The notes below the pieces were generated by a model. It did not search any database. It was given only the letters and a program-made list of their open reading frames with translations, and was not told the origin of the DNA. From Eledone cirrhosa (Eukaryota): a stretch of 64,000 nucleotides of DNA. Position numbers and translations under genes: made by a program. Positions 12,243 to 24,396 of the stretch are shown one piece after another (position 1 is the stretch's first letter; each line of letters begins with the position of its first letter). Location of the stretch: contig OZ024741.1 of NCBI GenBank assembly GCA_964016885.1, positions 219,852,001 through 219,916,000 of the forward strand, written 5' to 3'.

Positions 12243-15200
12243 CGGGTTGAACACACGTGTGAAACTTGCTGGTTAAGTTCTGCTTAAATTTCTATAGAAA
12301 TTCTTGATTGAGAGCCTTCATATTTATACCAATTTGTAGAGGGACTGCCACGTCAAATTTTTATCTGGTCAATCTCTCAAAATATTCTTCGCCTTTAGGC
12401 GAAATAGTTTATGAAAAACATTTTTTAAAAAATGGCTGAAGCAACAGCTTCTTCACCAACATTCGAAGGAGGCAAAGGGAAGATATGCTTACAGCTTCCC
12501 CTTCCACTGTCATAGTAGCCGATGTCTCAGTCAAGGTCAAAAAGAGGAAGGATTTTCTTCACCTGCTGACCGACAATTTGACGTTGCCATGGCAACAAAC
12601 CAAAACCAAAAATGTGAACCAATGAACAAAAAAAAAACAACACAACCGGTACCACCAGCAATAACAATGTTATGGTCGAAAACAACAACAACAACAACGA
12701 AGACAACAGCAATAACAAGAACAACAAAAACAACAAATCCAGAAAAAACGAAAACAACCACACACAAAAAAAAACAACAACAAAAACGTTGGTAGAAAGC
12801 CTTGCAAAAGAGACAGAGTTTATAGAAATAGATCTGTCAAACCAAGCGCAGCACCTAAAGGACGCTGCGCAACATATAACTTTCGAAGGTAACGGCTTTC
12901 GAATAAGTACCCCGCCGCGACCTTAAGAAAAACAATTTCTTCCGGACGATCTGCTCATAAACCAAGAAACCTATGGCTTTAAGCGGTGGAAACCGCACTA
13001 AAGGAGGCAATGCCAGACATTGCTTACCTCCAGAAGGCCAAGCAGTATGGGAGCACCTCGGTGCTCTTTAAAAGCGAGGCCCTCGCCCAGAAATATTCGG
13101 TGGCTCCAATTAGAACGAGCCAACACATCTTCTTCTCAACATACATGGGAAGAAGAACCCATAAAATAAGGATCCCCCAGATCCCACCGAACACCAACAT
13201 TTGGTGGATCCTGGGTGGTTTTTTGGAGGAGGGTGAAGACAACCTCCTCTCTGTAAAAACATCAATCCGATAGAACTGGAACGGGACCTCAATGGAGCTC
13301 GTGGTTCAAATGAAACCGGAGAGGATTGGAAAAATAGCGGAAAGGGTGCCGGTGGATGATAACCATGTTGTCCACATCGCAGTGGAGGGCAAAAGACCAC
13401 AATGTTTCAAATGTGGAAAAAACACACATTTAAAAGCATTTTGCCCAATGCTGGATGTGGAAAAACAAAAGAAGGCGTTGTTGCCAACCCCAAAACTACA
13501 ACAGACACACCCGAAAACAAAAAAAACACAACCCCCAAACCATCAATATTCACCCAACCATCACAAACCACAAAATACACCACACGAAAAATGCCCCTGA
13601 AGGACTCTGCCCCACCCTTTCCCCCTCTGTCCAACACTCCCACAAACACACATACAAACACTCCAACACCACACATCATACCCCTCCCACCTACCTACAA
13701 TGATAACACCTCAGACACGGGAACCTCTACATCTCCAAGTGAGGATGAAGATGAACCCCAAAAATCCAAGAAGCAAAAAAGACATGCACACACCCAACAC
13801 TGACATAAACATACCGCCACAAACGACAACCACACCAACAACACAACCAGACACTTCACCAACAAAACAAACACCCACACCACTACAATCACAAAGCCCA
13901 ACCACAAAAAGAAAACTACAAACAGAAACAGTACACATAAAAAAAAAACACATTACACATACATAAAAACAAGAAACAAAGAACTGGTGGAAACTGTACA
14001 ATACAAACGGAAAGCAGAATACAAACGGAATGGAAAACCTTCCCCACCAACGACCAACCCCCAAACCTCAAACTTATCAAGGTAACAACCCTACAGTACG
14101 AAACTTTAAAAGGGAACTTCCCACATGATGTGGGCCCCCCTTGCCAAAAGACCCTTAACCGTGTCCTGAAAAAAGGATTCCCTCCCTCCCCAAACACCAC
14201 CAATTTGGACATGGAGATCGAACAACCCGACCTCCAGGAAACGAAAAGGTAAGTGTTCCTGCCTTTTCTGTCCTTAACTCTTCTTTACCAACATGGTGAC
14301 TATACAAGTTGAATGTTTGAATGTACGTGGCCTGGGCATGCCCTGGAAACAGGGCCAGCTTTTAAATGATCTCAGGTTACATTGTATAGATGTGATAGCC
14401 ATCACCGAGTCCAGGATTCACGACAAGCAGCAGCTAACCCCCTTATTCAATGATTTTGAGATCTACGTATCTTTCTGTCAGCCAGGAGGTGGAGAGGGAG
14501 TTGCTGTTCTTTTTCGAAAAAAAATGGATCTCAAAGTACAGATGATTCACTTTGACCCGGAGAGAAGCCTGGTGGTCCTGGAGGTGAATGGTAGTGAAGG
14601 TGGAGCTTTCAGACTTGTAGCCGTATATGCCCCGACTGGAACATCGCGACCAGAGTTCTTCAAGCGTCTAGAGCCATTCCTGGGAACGTCTCGCTCCTTA
14701 GTGTTAGCGGGGGACTGGAATGGCATATTAGACGTACGTTGGGACTATGTAAGAGCTTTTAATAATAGAGGGGGGTGTTGTAGCCTCAAAAATCTCATCA
14801 GCCAATCCCAACTGGCTGATAGATATCGACTAGACTTCCCAAGTGCACCACTGTGGACATGGAGCAACCGCACTGGGTCTTCTAGATCGTATTTAGATAG
14901 ATTTTTAATTAGACAGAATGATAAGGAAGCATTAAGCTGTCCACAAATGCACATGGTTGCCTATTCAGACCACAAATTAGTCACCTGCATAGTCAACCTT
15001 GATAGAATACATAGACAGGGACCCGGATACTGGAAGCTAAACATGTCGCTCCCGGCGCGTAAGGCCTACAGTAAACGGATTAGTACCGTAGTTAAGTGCC
15101 AGCTGACGGGGCGATCGTCAACAACAGGTGGTTCTATCAGGTGGTTCTAACAGGTGGTTCTTTAGAAAAAAACAAAACTGAAAAGGAACTGGTAGCGAAA

Positions 15201-17821
15201 GTAGAAGAGGCACTTAGGAATGGCAGTACAGCTGACGTGCTAGCAGCGGGAACGGCACTAGACCAGTTCTTCAACGTGAAACACAAAGGTTGTATTGTCA
15301 GAAGTAGAACACGTGCTCTAAGAAACGAGGGAGCCAAAGCTGTTAGCTGGGCCCGAGTGGCAGAGGCGAAAAGTGGCAACAAAACCACAATTCGGTCTTT
15401 GCAAGACAAAGATGGACGCATTCTACTTGAATCCAAGCAGATGTGCACGGCCTTCCAGCGACATTTTGCACAACTGTTCGGGCAAAGCGGTATGTCTCTC
15501 GAGCACGGATGCAGAGAGCTGCGAAAGGCCGATCACAGCCGCTGCGGGAAACGCAAATCACCCGGTTTAGATGGTCTACCCTATGAGTTTTACATAGGCA
15601 TGCCAGACTTGTTCCCTGGCGTCTTCGAAGCGGTCTACTGCAACTGGCAGCAGAACGGGAGGATTCCCAATTCTGTAGGCTGAAGCGTAGTAACGCTGAT
15701 CAGGAAAGATGAGAACAAAGGGGATGAGATAAGCAATTTCAGGCCCATAACTCTGCTTAACACAGAGTTAAAGATTTTGGCCAAGGTGTTAGCAACGAGG
15801 CTGGCGCTTATCGGCGAGAACCTGGTAGGGGAAGCGCAAACGTGTGCAATCCCGACCAGGTCCATACACGAAAACCTCCACCTCATGCGATACATAATAG
15901 AGAGGGTAGGATGGAAACCTGTTTTCGGTGGGGCTCTGATCAATTTAGATCAGTCTAAGGCATTTGATAGGGTCGACCATCAATACTTGGAAGCGGTTCT
16001 CAAGGCGGCCGGCTTCGTTCCCGTCTTCAGAGGCTGGATCGCTGCCATGCACACCAGCAACTGCTCGGCAGTCAAGGTGAATGGTTATCTATCGGAGCCA
16101 TTCCAAATCATGCGTTCCATCCGTCGGGGATGCCCTCTCTCCTCCATTCTGTATGTACTGACACTCGAGCCATTACTGCGGAAGTTGGAGCTGTTGCAGG
16201 ACATCTCGATCGAACCAGGACTGCGGAAAGCAGCCTCGGCCTATGCCGACAAATGGTGTCGAAAACCTCGGAAATCGGGGTAATCAGCAGGAATACGAAG
16301 CGTTGACAGGAGCAAGACTAAACCCAAACAAGTCTGTCGGTTTGCAACTTGGCACATGGAGAGGCAAACCCATGCCTTCCGACAGTGTCGTTGGACGCTG
16401 GACGGAAGAACTGGTGAAATTGCTCGGGATCTGGTTTGGTCCAGACCTCCAGGTGGACAAGAACTGGAACGAGTCACGACGAAGGTGTTTGCACTCACCC
16501 AGAAGTGGGCTGAGTGCAAACTCTCATTGAAAGGTCGAGCGGAGGTGGTGAACACTTACATAGCGTCCGTCATCTACTACCGCTTGACAGTCGTGCCTTG
16601 TCCCCGGGAATACCTCACCAAAATGGAACGCCTACTCTTCAAGTTCCTCTAGAAGAAACAGGCTCCATTGGTGAGGAGATCCATCTGCTGTCATCACCCT
16701 TCTAATGGAGGGCTGGGCATTCCGTGGCTAATGATGCGCAAACAAGTGCTGAGGCTATGCCATCTCTAGGTATTCCTGACCGGTGAACCGGTGTGGCTGT
16801 CCTTTGTGAGACAAGCTCTTCCACAACTCGTCTCACTAACAGAGCTGCAGTCCTGGGTAAAGCGAAGACCGAATATGGGTGCCTTCAGGCACTCACAGTC
16901 CTCTACCAAGCGGAAACGGCAATCAGCGGAGACTCTACTTCGACATTCTATAGGGGATTAATGGAGGATAAGTGCGGCGCCATTCTCAGGGAAACTCTAG
17001 GCATCGAGGAGGATGAACTGACCAGTCTGTTCGGGAGGACTTTCCATCCAGGGCCTATGTATAACTTCCAGAGGTCTCTGGCCTGGCAGTGCTACCGAGA
17101 AGCTCTACCAGTTCGAGACAAAATCTACAGGCACGGACATCCTGCCAAAAGGACCTGTATAAGATGCGAGCAGGACATCGAAACCGTTCTGCACACAATT
17201 GTTCAGTACCTAGGGGTGACCGACGTGTGGAATTATGTTGAACAGCTACTGTCACGTGTGGGACGCATCCAGATGTCAGCCGAGTCCATCGTGAGGATCA
17301 ACCCGCCACCTTCATTTAAGAATGGAGAGGCGGTTTTCCTCTATCTGGTGGCTATGGCGAAAGAGGTAATATGGTGGACGAGGTTAAAAGGACTGAAGGC
17401 AAACACCTTTCTCTCCGGACAACAACTTATCCCCTTCTTTAAGTACCACTAGTCGAGGGAGAAGTGCTACACCCCAGTAAATTCGCTGAAAGGTGGGTGA
17501 ATGTGATGAAAATGGCCCGAGTGAATAGGATTCTCTGTATATAAACCTGTAGGTTGAGGAAGATAAACAGAGGTAAGACGGGAACACCTACAAAACGTGT
17601 TCTTGGTGTTGAGGGTTGATCTGTCCACGGGATGTAAAACAACCCTGCAGTAACGTTCCCTCCTATTGGGGATTTCAATTGTTATTTTATTATATATAGT
17701 TTATTGTTATTTATTAATGTTAAAGTTATATGATGTTTATGTAAAACCACTGCCGTCACGTCTTGTAATGTCCCATTTTTGTACGCCCCTGTGTCAAATA
17801 AAGAAAGATATCTATCTATCT
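12242..17821 (+). mobile_element. Tx1 copy 7, apparently full-length but decayed (5' UTR, ORF1 ~12432-14252, ORF2 14293-17551)
   Basis: ORF1 CCHC knuckle CFKCGKNTHLKAFC; ORF2 MVTIQVECLNVRGL...; many stops/frameshifts; ends AATAAAGAAAG(ATCT)n. Confidence 0.9.
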
Positions 17822-19130
17822 TCTGTTTGGTCATCAGAAGTGTCAGCATACAACAAATACATTGCCCATAATACTTATGCTGTGCCAATTCTAACGCCAA
17901 CATTTGGCCTGCTGAACTGGTCATTGCAAGAACTAAGTGAGATGGATGTTAGAAGTCGAAAACTTCTCAGTGTTACTGGGAACTTTAACATCAATGGTGA
18001 TGTGGATAGGCTATACTTCTCCCGCAAGGAAGGTGGCCGGAGTATAAAATCCATATTAACATCATATGAGACCCTGATAATAACACTGAAGCAACATCTT
18101 CAACAGAGGAAAAAGGTTGGCAACCATCTTGCCCAGGTTTATGAGCATGAAGAAAAAAATATCATTAGAATAGCGACTGATCTGGAGGAGAGATATGGAA
18201 TAAAGCCTGATATAAATCTCTCACCCAGAGAAATCGGAAGATCCTATTCAATGTTCAAACAAGATAAAAAAATTGACCAATTTACAGAAAAAGTTGTGCA
18301 TGGATACTTGAGGCGTAAAACACAGACGATAGAGGGGATAAACCACTCAAAAATCCTGGCATGGAGTTCCGACAAGTTTATGACATCACACCTTGAGGGA
18401 TATCTCTATGCAATACAGGAACAAGAACTCCCTACCAAATATCTGCTGCACAAAAGAGGAGGGACAGCAGCTGACAATAAATGTAGGCTATGTAAAACAA
18501 AGATCGAGGATGTAAGCCACATTGTTGCCAGCTGCGAAAGAATGTCATCTCGCTACTACCTCCCATGAGACACGATGGGATAGCTAGAACCATCTGGAAC
18601 GCACTTCGGAAAACAAAATTAACAACAAACGAGGGGGAATATATTGAGACAGATGGCACTAAGGAATACTGGTGGAACCTGAAAATAAAAACTGCCACCA
18701 AATTAAAGCACAACCGGCCTGATATTGTTGTTTGGGACCACACATTGAAAACGTGTTCTGTTGTGGAGATCAGCTGCCCACTTGATGTAAACGTTGTTAG
18801 AAAAATACAGGAGAAGGAGGACATCTCCGGACCATTTATGGGGAGTTTACAAATCCAGTATCCAAGATACACCTTTAGCTTCATACCCATCATTATTGGA
18901 GCTACGGGTTATATACCAACCCGGTTAGACCAAAGTATGACTGAACTTCGATTTGCGGACAAAAAGCGCAGCTCCCTAATTCATAGTCTACAAATAGCTG
19001 CGATAGCTGGCACCTTCAAAATTTGCAAAACATTCTTGCGATTCAAGGGATGACAATTTCTTTTCTTTTACAACCTTGCCACCAGGAAGGTGACCGGTCA
19101 AAAAATTATACTCGAAATTAAGAGAAAGAG
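17822..19130 (+). mobile_element. R4/Dong-clade RLE non-LTR retrotransposon, 5'-truncated
   Basis: RLYFSRKEGGR, CRLC..EDVSHIVASC zinc knuckle, RHD, RPDIVVWD..VVEISCP restriction-like endonuclease; followed by (CATA)n 19131-19188. Confidence 0.88.
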
Positions 19131-19159
19131 ATACATACATACATACATACATACATTCA

Positions 19160-19192
<33 letters not shown>

Positions 19193-19466
19193 GATGGCTG
19201 CTCCCTCGTTATCGAGTATGGCCATTGCACGATATAATATTATTAATAATTATCAAATAAGCTATCGTGCAATGCCTGTGCGTGAAGATTTCTTTATAAG
19301 TAAGGAAAAACTGTGCACTGAGCGACAGTAGCTATAACCCGAAAAGAAGAAAAGATCAAAATCATCGGTAACTACTGAGCCGCAGGTTTTATGTCGGAGT
19401 CATCCTAGTTTCCTGAGTTGCCTTCTCCTAGAAGAATGCCCTGACAAAGGCTAGGGGTCCTTCAAG
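19131..19466 (-). mobile_element. Non-autonomous RTE derivative (partial 5' UTR fused to 3' end), (TATG)n tail
   Basis: Matches 19490-19532 and 23609-23826 of the full-length RTE, joined across the inverted repeat CATTGCACGATA/TATCGTGCAATG. Confidence 0.8.
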
Positions 19467-19467
19467 C

Positions 19468-19555
19468 ATACATACATACATACATACATACATGATGGCT
19501 GCCCCCTCGTTATCGAGTATGGCCATTGCACAATAAAAAAAAAAAAAAAAAAAAA

Positions 19556-19615
<60 letters not shown>

Positions 19616-19633
19616 AATAAAAAAAAAAAAAAA

Positions 19634-19664
<31 letters not shown>

Positions 19665-19790
19665 AAAAAAAAAGGGAAAAGATATATATATATATACACA
19701 CATATATATACACACACACATACATACATATATACACACACACATACATACACATACACTCACACATATATACACACATACATTAATAAC

Positions 19791-19833
<43 letters not shown>

Positions 19834-19912
19834 GCAATAATAATAATAACGACAACAACAATAATAATATACATATTCATATATATATACACACACACGC
19901 ACGCACATAAGC

Positions 19913-19950
<38 letters not shown>

Positions 19951-22900
19951 GATAGCAACTAACAGTGCTGCGATCGAATGTGGCTTTTTAGCCCAGCCAA
20001 TGATCTAAAATGTCTTGCACAGAGTCGGCAACCAAAACATTTACTGGGAATAGTCGGCTGTGGTTGGAGTTCGTGTACTTTTGCATGTCGCTTGAGTCCT
20101 CCTGCTGATTTACATTCTCTACCACATGTTTGGCAAGCATGATGAGTAGCATCTCCAACAGCAGCCTGGTAGTCAACCACTGGTCTTACTCTATGACTGC
20201 GAAGATGACTTTCGAGTCCAGCTTTGCTTAGGCAGAGTCTCGCACAGACGCTGCATGTCAGAAACATAGGAGGACCCTCGCCGTCTGGAAGTGCAACAGC
20301 AATACCCTTCCTCACGTCCCGCTTTACTTTCTCGTGTGCGATTCGAGATGCCTCAAAGGCAACTTTTCCCTCATATACAGTCTTTCTCCATTTATTACGA
20401 TCAGCAGCAATATTTTCCCATGTATCAGCAGAGATGTTAGCGTCTCTCAGAGAGGCCTTCAAGGAATCCTTATACCTCTTTTTTGGTTTATGTGGCGGTC
20501 GTTTTCCTTTAACCAACTCTCCATAGAAGAGTTGTTTTGGTATTCTAGAATCCTTCATCCTGGCAAGGTGACCACTCCAACGGAGTCGCTGCTTAAGCAC
20601 AAGAGCTTCTATACTGTCACACATAGAGCTTTCCAAAATCTCGACATCACTGATGTGGTCCCTCCAGCGAACGCCATGTATCCGTCTGAGACACATCTGA
20701 TGGAAACGCTCCAATTGCTTAAGGTGGCGTCGATATGTGACCCAGGTCTCGCAGGCATAAAGAAGACAAGAGAGTACACATGCCCTGTACACCTTTACCT
20801 TTGTCCTCCTGCATATGTCTCGCCGACCCCAGAGTCGCCTTTCTAGCTTTCCGAAAGCATCACTTGCTTTCCTAATCCTAAGTGAGATTTCACTGTCAAG
20901 GTTGCCGTATCGATCGACAGTGCTTCCCAGGTAGACAAACTGATCAACCACTCCAAGTCGTTTGCCATACACATAGATGTTTGGTTCAGTGTACTGCCTA
21001 CCAGGTGCAGGTTGGTACATGACGACGGTTTTCTTGAGACTGACAGTCAAACCCAGGGCAGTGCAAGCGTCAGAAAATACATTCAAAATGTGCTGCATAT
21101 CACTCTCTGTGTGCGCTACAAGATCGCAATCATCTGCATACAAGAGGTCTCTTATGACCGATATAAATACTTTTGTCTTCGCAGCAAAGCGCCTGATGTT
21201 AAATATGCTGCCTGAGGTTCGATATCGGATGTAAACACCATGCTCGCAATTCCTGAATGCAATACAGAAAACCATTGCAAAGTATATGGCAAACAGGGTC
21301 GGTGCTGGAATATCCCCCTGTTTCACTCCATTTTTTACTGAGACAGGCTCCGACATGTTACCTCCGACATTAACCCAAGCCTTCATGTCGTCATGGAAAG
21401 ACCTAACTAAAGCAAGGAACTTATCAGGGCAACCAAGTTTCTGGAGAACCTTCCATAATGCATCTCTGTTGACAGTATCGAAAGCCTTTGTCAGATCGAC
21501 AAAAACCTGATACAGATCCAAGCCCTGTTCAATGCACTTCTCCTGGAGCTGTCTAGCTGAGAAGATCATATCAGTAGTGCCGCGTCCAACACGAAAACCA
21601 GATTGACTTTCAGGAAGGACACAATCTGCAATGTGTGTCAGCAGACGGTCCAGAAGCACCCTACATAAAACTTTCCCCACGACAGAAAGCAATGATATAC
21701 CTCTGTAGTTCCCACAATCATTCCTGTTACCCTTTCCCTTGTACAAGACCACCATTACTGCATCTCTCCAGTCCTCAGGCACGGATTCATTAGCCCATAT
21801 CCCTCCAAACAGAGAGTGAAGATGTTGCAGGAGTCTCTCACCACCATATTGTAGGAGCTCAGCATGTATGCCATCCATACCTGGAGATCTTCCACTGTTC
21901 AGCTTCGAAATAGCCACTGCAACCTCCACAAGTGTCGGAGGTTCTGCGAGAGCTACTTTCACAGGACTTTCCGGAATGAGATTGAGGAAATCCTCACTGA
22001 CGACAGACGGCTGATTCAAAAGATCATCAAAGTGCTCTCGCCACCTTCGTAGAATTCCCTGTGAGTCACGAAGAAGTTCTTTGCCATCCCTGCTGCGAAT
22101 CGGTGTCACCAGAGAAGAAGACGGTCCATAAACCTCACGCAAGAGACTGTACAACAGCTTTGTGTTATTGCAATCAGACGCAGTTTGTATCTCACCAGCC
22201 TTCTCACTCCACCACTGATCCTTCATCTGAGAAAGACTCCGCCTAACACGTGATTTTACATCCCTGAGCTCCTCATGCAACGTATTCCTCTCCTGTGGTT
22301 TTGCCGTCAAGTAGCGTGACAGAGCACGCCTCTTATCAGCCAACAAGTCTTCTATATGTACATCATTCTCATTAAACCAGTCCTGATGTTTTCTCTGCAC
22401 CAATCCCAGAACACGTCTGCCTACATCATAAACCGACTTTTTAAGGGTCGGCCAATCCTCACCAAGATCTGCAGCCTGCATCTCTTCTTCCAATGTCCTC
22501 TTCACATTTTTATCCTTAAGACGAGCAGCATTCAATCTTTTGGGCAGGGTAACACCAGGAGCCCGGATTTTACGTTTGGTGATTAGATTCACTTTTGCGC
22601 GTACCAGGCGGTGGTCCGTCCAGCACTCAGCTCCACGAAGAACACGAACACACTGCACATCCTGTCTGTCACGCATCCTGACTAGGACGTAGTCCAAAAG
22701 ATGCCATTCCTTAGATGCAGGATGCATCCATGTGGTCTTGAATTTGTTCTTTTGTTGGAACATGGTGTTGGTAACACACAGATCCAGCTCCTCACACATC
22801 TGCAGCAAGAGCATACCATTGCTGTTACACTTTCCCATCCCATGCCTTCCGATTACATTCCATGTGTTAAAATCCCTACCCACTCTAGCATTAAAGTCAC

Positions 22901-23548
22901 CAAGCACGATGACTTTGTCTGCCTGAGGGATATTTCTTAAAACACCTTTCAAGGCATGGTAAAAGGACAGTTTTTCTTCATCGACAGAATTCATAGTTGG
23001 AGCATACACACTCACCAGGGTAGCATATCTTCCCCTGTCCAGCGGAACTCTCATGGACATAAGACGCTCACTAATCCCCACTGGGAATTCTTCTAATTTA
23101 TTCACCAGTACAGTCTTAACAGCAAATCCTACCCCAGCCTCTCTTCTGGTTCCTTCATCTCTTCCTTTCCAGAAGAATGTATATTCTCCACAAAATTCCG
23201 TAAGATGACCATCTCCAGCTAACCTCGTCTCAGACAAAGCCACGATGTCAAGATCGTAACGTCGAAGCTCCTTCGCAACAAGAGCGGTCCTTCGTTCAGG
23301 ACGCTCCAAAGAATCCCTGTCAAGCAGCGTCCGTACGTTCCAGCAGCCAAGACTAAATGCCCTGTTTGGCTCTATTACAATGGCACGATGACGGGCGGGC
23401 CCAGGTTGTGATAACTTGGGGCCCCTGCCCTTATTGCCAATGATCCCTTTTGTTCCAGAACCCAAATTGGCAATTATCTCGTTTACATTGTTCTGGAACA
23501 TCATTGAATTGGGAAAAAAAAAAAAAAAAAAAAAAAAAAGTAATAATA

Positions 23549-23583
<35 letters not shown>

Positions 23584-23886
23584 ACACTATTAATAATTAT
23601 TAATGCACTCGTGCAATGCCTGTGCGTGACGAATATTTTTAAAGTGAGGAAAGACTGTGCACTGAACCAATCCCACTCTCTGAGCGACAGTAGCTATAAC
23701 CCGAAAAGAAGAAAAGATCAACATCATCGGTAACTACTGAGCCGCAGGTTTTATATCGGAGTTAACCCAGTTTCCTGAGATGCCTTCTCCTAGAAGAATA
23801 CCCTGACATGGGCTAGGGGTTCTTCACTCCCAGTGGTTTAACTGCGCGATCGGGCATCCAGCCCGATTATTTCTATGTCCCCGCGC
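19468..23886 (-). mobile_element. Full-length RTE-clade LINE with microsatellite-expanded UTRs and (TATG)n tail
   Basis: 5' UTR ~23886-23609 with RTE-like CTAGGAGAAGG motif; single ORF; 3' terminus ...CTCGATAACGAGGGGGCAGCCATCATG(TATG)n; ends defined by homology to the short copies. Confidence 0.82.
19959..23504 (-). CDS. RTE LINE protein: APE endonuclease + reverse transcriptase + three C-terminal C2H2 zinc fingers (1181 aa, uninterrupted)
   Basis: WNVRTL, SETRL, GDFNARVG, TDHRL; YRGISLLS, DLTKAFD, GVKQGD, LYADD, LRWSGH; CSVC..HLRSH, CQTC..HAKVH, CRLC..HIRSQH. True start Met uncertain. Confidence 0.93.
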   Translation of the reverse strand: MMFQNNVNEIIANLGSGTKGIIGNKGRGPKLSQPGPARHRAIVIEPNRAFSLGCWNVRTLLDRDSLERPERRTALVAKELRRYDLDIVALSETRLAGDGHLTEFCGEYTFFWKGRDEGTRREAGVGFAVKTVLVNKLEEFPVGISERLMSMRVPLDRGRYATLVSVYAPTMNSVDEEKLSFYHALKGVLRNIPQADKVIVLGDFNARVGRDFNTWNVIGRHGMGKCNSNGMLLLQMCEELDLCVTNTMFQQKNKFKTTWMHPASKEWHLLDYVLVRMRDRQDVQCVRVLRGAECWTDHRLVRAKVNLITKRKIRAPGVTLPKRLNAARLKDKNVKRTLEEEMQAADLGEDWPTLKKSVYDVGRRVLGLVQRKHQDWFNENDVHIEDLLADKRRALSRYLTAKPQERNTLHEELRDVKSRVRRSLSQMKDQWWSEKAGEIQTASDCNNTKLLYSLLREVYGPSSSLVTPIRSRDGKELLRDSQGILRRWREHFDDLLNQPSVVSEDFLNLIPESPVKVALAEPPTLVEVAVAISKLNSGRSPGMDGIHAELLQYGGERLLQHLHSLFGGIWANESVPEDWRDAVMVVLYKGKGNRNDCGNYRGISLLSVVGKVLCRVLLDRLLTHIADCVLPESQSGFRVGRGTTDMIFSARQLQEKCIEQGLDLYQVFVDLTKAFDTVNRDALWKVLQKLGCPDKFLALVRSFHDDMKAWVNVGGNMSEPVSVKNGVKQGDIPAPTLFAIYFAMVFCIAFRNCEHGVYIRYRTSGSIFNIRRFAAKTKVFISVIRDLLYADDCDLVAHTESDMQHILNVFSDACTALGLTVSLKKTVVMYQPAPGRQYTEPNIYVYGKRLGVVDQFVYLGSTVDRYGNLDSEISLRIRKASDAFGKLERRLWGRRDICRRTKVKVYRACVLSCLLYACETWVTYRRHLKQLERFHQMCLRRIHGVRWRDHISDVEILESSMCDSIEALVLKQRLRWSGHLARMKDSRIPKQLFYGELVKGKRPPHKPKKRYKDSLKASLRDANISADTWENIAADRNKWRKTVYEGKVAFEASRIAHEKVKRDVRKGIAVALPDGEGPPMFLTCSVCARLCLSKAGLESHLRSHRVRPVVDYQAAVGDATHHACQTCGRECKSAGGLKRHAKVHELQPQPTIPSKCFGCRLCARHFRSLAGLKSHIRSQHC

Positions 23887-24351
23887 AAAAAAAAAAAAAA
23901 AAAAAAAAAAAAATTACTTATTGACACTTATACGTACGACATACACACACACGCATACATATGCGTGCACACAGCAACACTCACACACACAACAAACACA
24001 CACACACGCTACTCTACTCACTTACACGCACACACACACATATATATATATATATTACCGTCATTACTGATACAAGATTACCAGATTATGTCAACTGTTG
24101 ACTTTCAAGAGTTTGTATAGTTGAAGCCGATCGTATTACAGTCCAGTATTACTATAATTGCTTTACAGCATAGAGTTATGGCTCTCCACGGAGTCAACAA
24201 AAGAGAGTACCAGTGATGCGCTGGGCCAGTCGCTGGATCCGTGCCAAAAGCAGAAAAATTATTATTAAAGTTGTTCTTAAGGTCGCTGGTGATGGTGATG
24301 GCGACGGCGGTGGCGGTGGTGGTGGTGGTGGCAGTTGATGTTGTTGTTCTG

Positions 24352-24396
<45 letters not shown>

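Noticed and set aside
19959-20230. Host C2H2 zinc-finger gene
   Set aside because: The fingers are in frame with the RTE RT and lack TGEKP linkers, so they belong to the retroelement ORF.
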